A stretch of DNA of 64,000 nucleotides from the human T2T-CHM13v2.0 reference genome, Homo sapiens, in NCBI RefSeq assembly GCF_009914755.1, contig NC_060926.1; one strand, written 5' to 3'. Numbering within the stretch: the first letter of the stretch is position 1; each line of letters opens with the position of its first letter. Made by a program: the position numbers and the translations under genes. The notes under the pieces were generated by a model. It made no database searches. It had not been told where the DNA came from and worked only from the letters and a program-made list of their open reading frames with translations. Below, piece by piece: positions 40,308 to 52,056 of this stretch.

Positions 40308-41075
40308 TGTTGCCTCAAATGTATTTGAACGAACTCTAATTCCATAGAATGTTACTAAATGTTGCATAGGGGAAAACAGAAGTGTCTGTAGTCATAGGGT
40401 TTTAGTCAGTTCAGAGCTAAGTAAAGCAAAACAGATTTTTATCACTGCAAGATATTTAATCAGCTAATATTTGTCAGGCCTCTGAGCCGAAGCTCAGCCA
40501 TTGTAACCCCTGCGACCTGCACATATACATCCCGATGGCCTGCAGGAGCCAAGAAGTCAGGAGCAGCTGAAAAACCACAAAAGAAGTGAAACAACCGGTT
40601 TCTGCCTTAACTGATTAACCCACCTTACAACATTCCACCACTAGGACTTGTCCCTGCCCTACCCTAACTGATCAATCCATCCAATCAATTCTCCTGGACA
40701 ATGAGTCTCATGATCTCTCCACCATGCACCTTGTGACCCCCTCCCGTGCTGACAACAGATAACCACCTTTAACTCTAACTTTCCACTGCCTACCCCAGTC
40801 CTATAAAGCTGCCCCTCTCTTATCTCCCTTCACTGACTGTCTTTTTGGACTCAGCCCACTTGCATCCGAGTGAATAAACAGCCTTGCTGCTTACACAAAG
40901 CCTGTTTAGGTGGTCTTCTATATGGACACGCATGACAATATTTACAACAAATACCAAGGAAGAGCTAAGAGCACATAGCATTTCCCAGGCTTATTAGACT
41001 GTGGGATCAACCTCTTTAAGAAAGCATTTTGCAGAATTGTTCACAGGTCATTCTGCAGTGTGAAGTTTTTTTTGC
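40308..41075. mobile_element. MER103C-like hAT MITE, interrupted by LTR7C
   Basis: 'aaacagatttttatcactgcaag' before the LTR and 'tagcatttcccaggcttattagactgtgg' after it. Confidence 0.5.
40472..40937 (+). mobile_element. LTR7C (HERV-H family) solo LTR
   Basis: TGTCAGGCCTCTGAGCCGAAGCTCAGCC...GACACGCATGACA, with perfect 5-bp TSD ATATT. TATAAA at 40802 and AATAAA at 40873. Confidence 0.93.
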
Positions 41076-41288
41076 AATAAGATCCTTACTCTAGAGTTAA
41101 CTTCACTAGGAAGTACACTCTGGGTGTTTACCTTTAGAGCTTCAGTTTCTACAAGAATTTGGCACCGGTTGGGTCTTGTAGAAATATTTACTGCATGGAG
41201 TTGAAAGAAGAGTCTGGACTGGGAGAAGGATGTATGGATAAAGAACAAGGTAGGAAACTTGTACTTGCCTGCTTCTTCTTACTGCTTT

Positions 41289-41528
41289 ATTCTTGGATAA
41301 TTTCTTTTCAGCTTTGGTTATTCAGCAATTCATATTTGGAAGATAGGATCATAGGAATGAATCTAGACATGCTAAATTATAGGCTGCAATAATCTTCTCA
41401 ATCACTGTCTTGTTTAATCTGGAACTTCAACTGACTTGTCTTAAGTCATGAAACAAAATCTTTCTTAGTTAAGATTTCCTTCTCCAACATGAGTGAACTG
41501 AAATTAATCAATGGCATAGATAATGAGA
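41289..41528 (+). repeat. Local duplication, copy 2
   Basis: Direct repeat of 39540-39785 at an offset of ~1749 bp. Confidence 0.95.
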
Positions 41529-42169
41529 GGCAAGTAGTGTGGCAAGGAAAGACAACTTAATTTACAGAAAAAGTGTGGTTTTATAGTTAGAAAAGTTTCA
41601 TTTGAATGCTAGATTTCCTGCTTACTAGTTGTGTGACAAAATGAATTAGATGTTTGTGCCCATCATGGTTCCAAAACAGTTTATGATGTTTTAGGAAAAT
41701 AAAAACTCATATATATTGCTTGTGAGAAGAATATGCCCAATTTGTGGCAGTGAATAAGAAGCAGAGACACAAAGTGCTTTTGGGGGAACAGTGATTCTCT
41801 GTGGCTGGAGCACAGATTTTGAAGGGAGAGTGTAGAAAGAGGTAAGAATGTAAAAATGCACAGATGATTGAGTCTGGAGATATTTTAACAAGATTGTGGA
41901 GGGAATCCAAGCCAGGTTCAGGCATGTGTACCTACTGCTGTAGACAAGGCATAGCTATTAAGGGAGTCTGAACAGGAGAACAATATGCGAATGATTTTCT
42001 TTAGAAAACACAATCTGATAATGCTTGTATGTTTGTGTCAATTTGATTGGATTATCAGGATATGCTTCCCAGCTTCAAATAGGAATTGTAGCCTCAAGTT
42101 CAGGAGCTTTTCTTCCTTTTGAATTTGTCATGTTTTGCAATACATAATAGAAGCTAACTATAATCCACA

Positions 42170-42380
42170 TTTGTTCAGAGCAGGCACTTTGGCACCAGGA
42201 CACCAGCTCTGTCCCTGACAAGTTCTGTGGTCTAAGTTACTTCAGCTCAGCAGTTTTCTCATCTGTGAAATGGGAATGTTAATGGAACTCTCCTTATAAG
42301 GGAAGACTAAATTAACTAACAGATGCTACCGTAGTGCCTAGCACATAGTAAATGTGCAAAAGTTGTTGGCTCCTATTTGT
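42170..42380 (+). mobile_element. MIR
   Basis: 'cagttttctcatctgtgaaatggg...gtgcctagcacatagtaaatgtg'. Confidence 0.7.
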
Positions 42381-43249
42381 ACTACTATTTTTGCAATCCT
42401 GGAATTTTTCCAGTCAATCACTCACATTTTTACAAGCTTTCCTCTCATGGAGATTTATCTTCCAGATAATCCTTTGGATTTGAAATTCATCTCTACCACC
42501 TCGCTCTCACAGTCAGTGTTTTGAAAAAAAAAAAAACATTCCCAGAAATTTCATAATTCCTAAGCTTTAAAAAATGTTTACATGTAACTTAAATATTTTT
42601 GTAGTTTTTAAATCTCCTTTTTCTCAATACACCTTTCTTTGCCTAGGCGCATGCATTTTACAAAATTCCCTCCACTTCTCTCTCAGGACTTCAGGAATCT
42701 TCTGATTTAGGAAATTAACTCATCAGTAATTCTCCTGACCATGGTGAGGAAACACAAATATTACGCAGCCAGTCTTTATTTTCTGACCCTAAACCAGAGC
42801 TGTGATTTGACAATTTTCCTTGGTCTGAGGCACAGTATTTGCCACAGTCCTCTTCTTATTGTTCACGTTGCCGTTTATGATGACCATCATCAGAAAACCA
42901 CGTCAGGTCACTTTGTGGAGACATTGCTTCTGCTGTTCCCCTCCTGTTCCACCTCCACCTTTCTCACCAAATTCCCTGGGTTGTAAAGCCCCAGATTGGG
43001 TGGTCCAGAATTACAGTCAAAGGTAAGAGAAGGAGGCTGTGGGTCACTGGTCTGCAGAGCTGTAAGACTTTCTGTACACCTGGAAGTGCCCAGACAAGCT
43101 GTAGTGGGAATTCTTTTGAAAAGAAATGCACTCAAAGTTAATGAGATAAGGTATTTTCCTGCCTTCATGAACACACTTGCCACTTTTCCTGAAAAGTCCT
43201 TAGGAATATGTTATTCTTGTGTTTGAGAGTTGTACTTTGTATAACAAAC

Positions 43250-44290
43250 CTTTCCTTCTTATACTCATCTACAAGGGCCAATTCTCATCATTTCCTGTTT
43301 GGACTGTTGAGACCCATCCTCACTCACAATCTGGCCTCCACATCTCTTCTCTTCCTCTCCAATTCTTTATTTGTCATTCTGAAATTTCAAATACAGTGTG
43401 ATCATATTGCTTTCCTATTCAAAATCATTTACAGTTTTTCCACTAAAAAATGGTAAAATCCAAGCTGCCTGTGTGACACTGGAGATTCTGCATGCTTTGG
43501 CTTTTTCCTACCTTGCAGATTCATAGCTGCCTCACCTCCCTTACACTTGGTCTGGAAACACTGGGGAGCTTTTATTTTTCCTTAAACCCCGCCCCCATCT
43601 GAAGCCTCGCCTAATTGTTAAGCCTTCAAATGTGTTGCAATCTCTGCTTTTCCCTTCGCTTTCATATTGTCTGGGTACGCTTGGGATATAGCTGTGGTTC
43701 CTAGGCTAGCTACTGGCCCTCCCTATGGCTCCAGAGCTCCTGTGCTCACACCTGTGCGAGCACTGGTTATTGTACGATTTAATTGCCTGTTCATGCACCA
43801 GTCTCCTCTCTTGGGCTCCAACGGCAGAGGTTGCACAAGTAGAGTGGATGTTCACCCTGCATCACATGGCATTGAGGACCTCCCAGTCTTCTCTTGCTTC
43901 CTGCCAGGCCTACAAATGTGTCACAGATTCTCAGTCACAGCAGCCTGCTCTGTGTCGCTGTACCTCTGTACCTCTCCCTGACATGTGAACATCAATGCAC
44001 AGGTCAAGATGTGTCACCAGGGTAGGTTTCCTAAGGGTTTTCATATAGATTCCAGTAAAAAGGGCTTCCTTTTCTATTCAGCACATCTTTCTTGCCTATG
44101 TGATGTCTACAATTGTATCTCTAGCATATTATTGCTATCAATTGTTTGTGAGTATATGTCCTACTTCTAGACTTAAATTGTCTTAAAAGACAGAAATATT
44201 CTTGATTTTGCTTTGTATCTTCTGAGCCTGGCAAAGTGCTAATTAAAGTAGATGCTCATTATGAATGCTGTGTTAAATGAAGAAATGCAC
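43250..44290 (+). mobile_element. L2 fragments
   Basis: 'caagggccaattctcatcatttcctgtttggactg' and tail 'cctggcaaagtgct...gctcattatgaatgctgtgttaaatgaa'. Confidence 0.55.
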
Positions 44291-44361
44291 AATGTAATAT
44301 TATCTGTTCTGCCTGGGGAGTAATTTTGTTTTTTATTCCATTGATTTGGCCATATTCTTGA

Positions 44362-44680
44362 TCAATGGTTCTCAAACTAACTGAACATTAGAAACAGTTG
44401 GAGACTATTTTGTAAACATCCTCAACCGGTGTTATTCAAATGTTAATGTGTGTAGGAATCACCAAAGATTCTTGGACTCTGATTCAATAGGTTTAGAATA
44501 GGGCCTGAGATCTTATGTTTCTAACAAGCTCCCAGGAGATTTGGATGCTGCTGAGCCAGAATCACAGTAAGTAGAGGGTCCTGGTTCTTTGCATCAGAAT
44601 CTCTGGGGATCTGATCTGGGAATACTCCTAAGTATTCCTGAGAATTTCCCAAGTGTCTGTGATAAAGCAAGATTGTCATC
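44362..44680. mobile_element. MER5-family hAT MITEs (apparently one nested in another)
   Basis: 'caatggttctcaaact', 'tttctaacaagctcccaggag' and 'atcagaatctctgggg'. Confidence 0.65.
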
Positions 44681-45269
44681 TACATTAGGAGTTGCTGTGA
44701 GTGTCCTATCACCTATCTCTTACATACTTTACAATATTATTGAGCAACTTGCCAGAAATCATGCTAGAGGCTTTGGCTATATGGATGAAGATAAGACTGT
44801 TCTTAACCTTATAGAACTCACAGTCTAATGAGAGAAACAGAATATATAAAATGAATCCCTATACATTGAGGTAAATGTAAGAAAAAATAATCAAGGCACT
44901 GATATTGGCAATAAAGATGAAAGAAAACATCTATATTTAAACTAAGATTTGAATGCTACATTTCCACTCCTCATGGGATTAGAGGGGCAGTGATGTTTTA
45001 AACAAAGTTAGAGACATATAAAATCCCTGAGTTGGGAAAAAATGTGGTGAATTTTAGGATCTCTCCAAAGACTCTTGTGTCTGGTACAGAAAGTAAAAGT
45101 GGGAGAGTGTCATGTAGTAAGGAGGGCAGGGTCCAAGCACACACATGCTGGTGGCCTAACCTAGCAGAGCATGTGGGCACAACAAGAGAAACTTTCTCTA
45201 ATCAACATCTAGCATGCTGTGGAGCTTGACCCGGTCTGTCTTGGTTCCTTTGAGACAAGACCCATCTCA

Positions 45270-45696
45270 AGCTAGATGCCCATCAATGGCAGTTGGGATA
45301 AAGAGAATGTGGTACATATACACCATGGAATATTATGCAGCCGTAAAAAGAATGAAATCATGTCCCTTGCAATGATACGGAAGGATTGGAGGCCATAACC
45401 CTAAGCAAATTAACATGAGAACAGAAAAGCAAAGACCAAATGTTCTCACTTATAAGTGGAAACTAAACTTTGAGCACATATGGACATCAACATTGGAACA
45501 ATGGACACTGTGAACTACTAGAGGGGAGAGGGAAGAAGAGGGTCATGACTTGAAAAACTACCTATTGGGTACTGTACTTACTACTTGGGTGCAACATATC
45601 CATGTAACAAACCTGCACATATACCCCCATGTCTAAAACAAAAGTGGAAATTTTAAAAATTTACCCCACATCTAAAATAAAAGTAGAAATTTAAAA
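45270..45696 (+). mobile_element. 5'-truncated L1 3' end (L1PA16/17-like)
   Basis: 'tggtacatatacaccatggaata...tgttctcacttataagtgg...catgtaacaaacctgcaca', with a duplicated terminus. Confidence 0.85.
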
Positions 45697-46054
45697 GAAT
45701 AGCAGTGATAATCCTTCAACTTATCTACAAGCATTTATATTTCTGAATTTCTGGAAATATTATTTATGCATAACAAGGACAAGATGGACAACAAAAGCTT
45801 TCACTTTCACTTTTCAATGACTTAATTTTTGTTTTTCATTTCTCTAAACCAGCAATCAAAAAATATTCCCATCAATTTATATCTGGGGCTAGTGTGTTGA
45901 AGAATAAATACCATCTAACTATTCCTACCCTTCCTTTCTACTACAAAAGGGAAGCATGGAATGTCCTATCTTTGATCAGGCAAATAGAGGTCATTTCAAA
46001 CGTACCTGAGCCTCCATCATATGGCAAGATCTAGGTCTCTTGAGATAACATTAA

Positions 46055-46381
<327 letters not shown>

Positions 46382-46505
46382 TTTTGATACATGCATCTTC
46401 TACCAGCGTATCTCTTGCCCTATTTTATAAGTTGTGGGGAGGGCAATGCCTAGCCCAAAGAAGTTTTTAATTTGGTTTTAAAAATGAAAGAATTCATGAA
46501 AACTT

Positions 46506-46625
46506 ATATATATATAAATATATATGTATATATATGTGTGTATATATACATATATGTGTATATATATAATTTACATGTATATGTGCATATAGGTGCATGT
46601 GTATATATCATACACACATGTATAA
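46506..46625. repeat. (TA/TG)n low-complexity tract
   Basis: Visible alternating purine-pyrimidine tract. Confidence 0.85.
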
Positions 46626-47895
46626 ATTATGTAAAAAATGACAAATTAATTTTTTTATGAAAATAGACTTTTTAGTGAAAAGCTTAGAAATTCAGTATTC
46701 TAAGAATGCATTGGTTCTATGTTTATCCCTAGTATTCTTTTTCTCTTTGTTTCTTTCCTCTAGACCCAGAATCCGTAGCCAGCATGATGAGTTCAGAGAC
46801 CTGGCCCCTACCCTGGGAGTAGCACATTCAGTCAGAGAGGTTTAGGTGGATTCATCCAAATACTTTAATCCCAGAGCTCTGTCCTACAAAAACCAACAGG
46901 CTTGCTCAACTGTAGCAGTCAACAAGAATTCATGGTGCTTGGTTGGACTGCATACATATTATCTTTTTCCTTTAGAAAGCTGTGAATTCCTTGGCTGTTT
47001 TATTTTTGAAATAAATGTGTCAATTCCATTTTTCTGCCATTTCTGCTACTTCTTTTCTCTATAGAAACCTGGATTTGTTACTGAGCTTTAGGTATAAAAC
47101 AGGTTTATTAAGCTTAATTGTTTTACTATTACCATAGTAACCATTGTATTTCCGTCACAGTAACTCTGAACTGTAAGCCAGTAAGCCATTGGTCCTGATG
47201 GTAAAGATAGAAACCCACCTCCCTGCACCTCAGATTCTACACCTCAGAGAATTTCCAGGCTCTAATTCCTTCAATTATGCCCCTTCTTTCTAGCATTTTA
47301 AGTGCCCCTCTCTGATTTTTTTTCAAACTCACACCATGGTGGTCTTGATTCAACAATGAAGTCACAGTAGGCATTGCAGTGGTTATTTTATGAATCCACA
47401 CAATTTACAGATTGCTCCTGATAAAGCTCTAAAGAGTTTTCACAATGTGTTTATTCTGAAAACTACTCTCTACATAGCCCAGTATTTTTCCAATACAAAT
47501 AAATTTTAACCAACATTACAACAACAAAAAATTTTGATGTGCATTGAAATAGCTAGTCAAATTGGCCTCACAGTAGCAATAAAATAATCTGAGATAATAG
47601 TTTTGTTTGATTTTTTATTTCATGCATAATTTATTTACGAGTAAGCAACATATATTTTACATTGTTCCTCATGTCATTGTATGTTTTAATACTGTGAAGT
47701 TTACTCTGAACTCTTTGGATCCCAATCTTAAGTCTAATCAAATCAAAATAAATATATAGAACAGCTCAATATATGACACATAGTAGGCACTTAATAAATA
47801 GTACCTATTTTATTAACATGATTATTTCCTTTTTAATATTATTATGTGAATATATTCTAGATAGAAACTTTTAGAATCTTATTACCAATTATATG

Positions 47896-48314
47896 TGTTA
47901 AGTCAAGTTTAGCCTAAAGATGCCTCCTTCCATATTTTAAGTTCAACCTAAAAGTTTCTCTGTACATTGTGAACTATAACCTACACAGAGGTGTAAACAG
48001 ACTGTAGTCTACTCTTGTGCCAATCAATCACTGAGCTTTGGTTCATCAAAGGTGGTCAATGTTCAAATCATGTTCAAATAAGGCAAATGCCGAGCTGTAA
48101 ACAATATGGCTGTTTCTGTACCTCACATCCACTTTCTGTATCACTTTCCTTTTTCTGTCCATAAATCTTCTTCCCCCATGTAGCTACACTGGAGTCTCAG
48201 TGAGCCTGCTCTGGCTTGGGAGATTGCCCAATTCATGAATTGTTCTTTGCTAAATTAAACTTTGTTAAATTTAATTTGACTAAGCGTTTTTTGTTTTGTT
48301 TTGTTTTTTCCTCA
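47896..48314 (+). mobile_element. MER57B-like ERV1 solo LTR
   Basis: 'tgttaagtcaagtttagcctaaag..tgttcaaataaggcaaatgccgagctgtaa..attaaactttgttaaatttaattt'. No clear TSD. Confidence 0.85.
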
Positions 48315-49501
48315 TGGTAAGGGCATAGAAATGCAGAGGGCAAACCCAATAAAGAGAGGAATCAGATATGGGAGAAAATAGTTTTAGATACAATGAAAAA
48401 TTGAAATAATAGTTAACTCTTAACACTTGAAGTTCTCATAGTATGACGGTAGGTAAGAAACCATGGAGAGGAATTGTTCTGAGGGATTTCTCATCGTCAT
48501 TCATGTAGCCGTTGAATTTGTAAAAATGTATTCTATTTTCAGACGCTAAAACTAAGGATCAGAGCTATCAGGGAAATAAGGCAGCCAGTGAAAAACTGAA
48601 CTAAGTCTGAAACAGATTTGTCTTATGCCCAAGTCCAAAGCATAACTTAGCCCTGGAGCAACAGAGTGAGTTATCTGTGCAAGCACCTCACCATGTCAAC
48701 TCTGGGGGCAACTCTGTCAGTCTCTCCTGCAAATTGGGGCATGAGGAAGAGTCTGTTTAATCTGCAATAGTATCCAAGAGGCAATGATTGGGTACAAATC
48801 ATCAATAGTGACAATTCCTCTCTAAGGTAGGTTTCTAGTTGGATACAACAGCAATCAGTGTCAGCTGAACAATGATCATTTACACTGAATAGTGAAACAG
48901 TACCACTGGAAAAATCATCAGGTTTATAGACCAGCAAGCTGAGTGCGTAAAATGTTACTGTAATGATCCATGCCAAAGTCTCTCTATAATCCATGCCAAA
49001 GTCTCTCTTCTGTCAGTTATCTGTTTGTCTATATCACTCTACAACATATTATGCCCTGTGGGACAATGGCTTTGTGTTCAGATGACACATGCTCAGCCAA
49101 ACAGTGTTAAATACGTTTCTCAACACTGAAATTCTCTGGCATCCTTAATAGCTATATATCCACAATGTGAAGCAATTTTCTAAATTTTGTGAGAAGAACA
49201 CCTGTGAAATATTGTTAGAGGATGTGTATTCATTGCTCAGAAACAGAAATCCTCCTTCAATATTTGACCTAAGTGATTTAATATTTAAATCTTTCATTTA
49301 TGTTACAATTGTATTTTGTTTAGATTCTTTCTTTGAGTATATTCTAGTAACAAGTTTTGAACTTATCCTGGAGGAGTTACCCTGGATCACTTCATATTAT
49401 TTCAAGTCAAAAGGGAAAGACAAATGTAGCCAAGATAACTGAGACGATCAAAACTGCAAATTCAAGAGGCATTGACTTGAAGTTAAGAGTTGAGAACATA
49501 G

Positions 49502-49800
<299 letters not shown>

Positions 49801-50386
49801 GAGTTGAGAACATAGAGGTCAAATAAGCACCCAAGCTATAGTCACAGGAGGTAGAAAAACGATCACCAAACCTTTTTGATTGCATGTTCTATAAGAAAAA
49901 CAAGTACATTCACCTCCAACATACAGGTACTTCTGTTCAGATATATTATGTATGCAATTAAATAAATTAACAAGGTTTAAAGTTGAGCTAAAGATAAAAT
50001 AAACAATGTATATTTTAATAACTTGCCATTCATTTTTGCTTTCTGTTATCATTAGCTAGTAACTTAAGGGCACAATATACTCAAGGCAATGTTTATTCTT
50101 CATAATAATGATAGAAAAAATATATTTTAGTCTTCCAGGTAATTTTAATACTTAGTGGACAAGTGACAATGATGAGAGTATATCAGAAAAGGGAGAGATA
50201 TCATCATTGCTATTGTCTTATAATTTACTTGTGTTTACATTTAGCACAAGTAAATGTTAAGTACACTTACATTATTGTTTTTAATCGACAGTCTCATAGC
50301 AGCAATCTGGTTTGTGAAGATTTGTGTACATCAGATACAGTAATATGTTCTGCAAATCCAAATGACAGGACACAAGCCTCTGATCA

Positions 50387-51340
50387 TGATGGAGGCAGGA
50401 GGCAGAGATAGAGGCTGTAGGCAGAGAGAGACAGGTTCCTGGTGAAACCCCACCTTTAAGCCAAAAAGCCTAAAACCTGGGGCCCAAAGTGAGAACTTCT
50501 ATTCCCGTTTGCCCACTCTCTCCAGATTGGTTCTTTGTGAATAATACCTTTTCACCAATCAAATGTTGCCTTTTCCAGAACTACCTATGGGCTGCCCCAT
50601 CCCCACCATCCTGTGCCTATAAAGACCCCATACTCAGTTGGTAGAGGGGAGAGATGGCTTATGTTCAGAGAGAAGATGGCCAGGCTTTGGGGAAGAAGAG
50701 ACAGCTTGACTTCGGGGAAGAGACAGCCAGACTTTAGGGAGAATTATCTGCCCTTCCTGTCCCCTCTCCAGCTCCCCTTACACGGACAGCCATTCCCACC
50801 ACTCGATAAAATTATTTGCCTTCACCATCCTTCAAGTGCCCCCACAAAAGCATTTTTCTTGTACACTGGACAAGTGCTCAGGATCCACCAAGTGTGGGTA
50901 CCCAAAACAAGGCCGTCACACCAGCCCTTTGCCCTTGCTGGTGGAGGGCAGCTGCCCCATGCAATGAGGCAAGGGGCTAACTGAGCTGTTAACACACAGC
51001 TGTCCACAGGCAGTGGAACTAAAGGAGCATTGTAACACTCGCTCTGGGTCCTTGGGGCAGGTTGCAGGCATTCGCTGCCCTGACCTGGGCGCTGCCGCCA
51101 GAGCTTGCTCCTGCTGGCACCTGGAGTGGCTGGCCAAGTCTCACACTCGCTCATTTGTCACTGGTCTGGTCACGGGCCCCGCAGGGAACTTGCTCCTGTG
51201 TGAGTTCCCCGAGTGGCCAGCCGGGTTCTGCACTCACTCGCTCAAGTGCTCCCTCCCGCAAGGGGTTGAGCATGGCAGGCAAAGTAAAAGTTTGCCCCCA
51301 TCTCAAGTCCCATGAACAGCCTGAGAAAAATCCTGCATCA
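50387..51340 (+). mobile_element. LTR27-family ERV1 solo LTR
   Basis: TG...CA ends, flanks atca / gtca, 'ggcccaaagtgagaacttct', CCAAT at ~50555, TATAAA at 50618, and terminus 'gaaaaatcctgcatca'. Confidence 0.8.
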
Positions 51341-51592
51341 GTCAGGAAGGGCGAGGAGGGAACTCTGGTGAAGCTGTCTGTGCCCTGGACTGACTTCCTG
51401 CTGGGCACGCCTCACCCATCCTGTGTCACCTGGCACTGATAGGCAGGAGAACCTGCCAGAGTGCCGTTGTCAGCCCATGCTAACCCACTTAAGATTATTT
51501 TCTGCTCTATAAGTTGACTTAAACTATAAAGTGCTGTTCAAGTATTTTGTTCCAGGACATCAATAAATAATCTTAAATTCTTCCTGGGACTC

Positions 51593-52056
51593 TGTGGCAG
51601 GCTGATAATGGCTCTCAAAGATGGGTCTATATCGTTATCTCAGCAATGTGTATTACCTTATTTGGAAAAAGGACGTTTGAGGTATAATTAAGTTAAGGAT
51701 CTTGAGATGAGACTATCCTTAATTCTCTGGGTGAGCCCTAAATTCCATCCCTTGTGTCCTTCTAAGAGAGAAGCTGAGAGAGATTAGGCACATACACAGA
51801 GGAGGAGGCAACTTGGCCTGAAAGGCAGAGACTGCAGTGACATGGCCAAAAGCCAGGTGATGCTGGCAGACACCTGAAACAGAGAGGCAAGGGCCATATT
51901 CTTCCCCGGGGCCCCAGAGGGAGCACAGGGAGTCCTGCTGACAGCTCGATTTCAGGACTCCAGCCTCCAGCACTGTAAGATAATAAGTATCTGTTGTTTT
52001 AAACCTCAAAACTAAGTTTGAGGTAATTTGTTATGGCCGCCACAATTAAACTCACA
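51593..52056 (+). mobile_element. MLT1C-like MaLR solo LTR
   Basis: 'ttaccttatttggaaaaagg..taattaagttaaggatcttgagatgaga..ggtaatttgttatggc'. Confidence 0.85.

Noticed and set aside
39392-41392. Two ORFs with similar peptides (SWIISF) suggesting paralogous genes
   Set aside because: The similarity comes from the DNA duplication. An indel shifts the frame between the copies, so there is no sign of coding constraint.
50613-51439. GC-rich overlapping ORFs of 100-125 aa
   Set aside because: They lie almost entirely within the LTR27-family LTR, and stops are rare there because of GC content.
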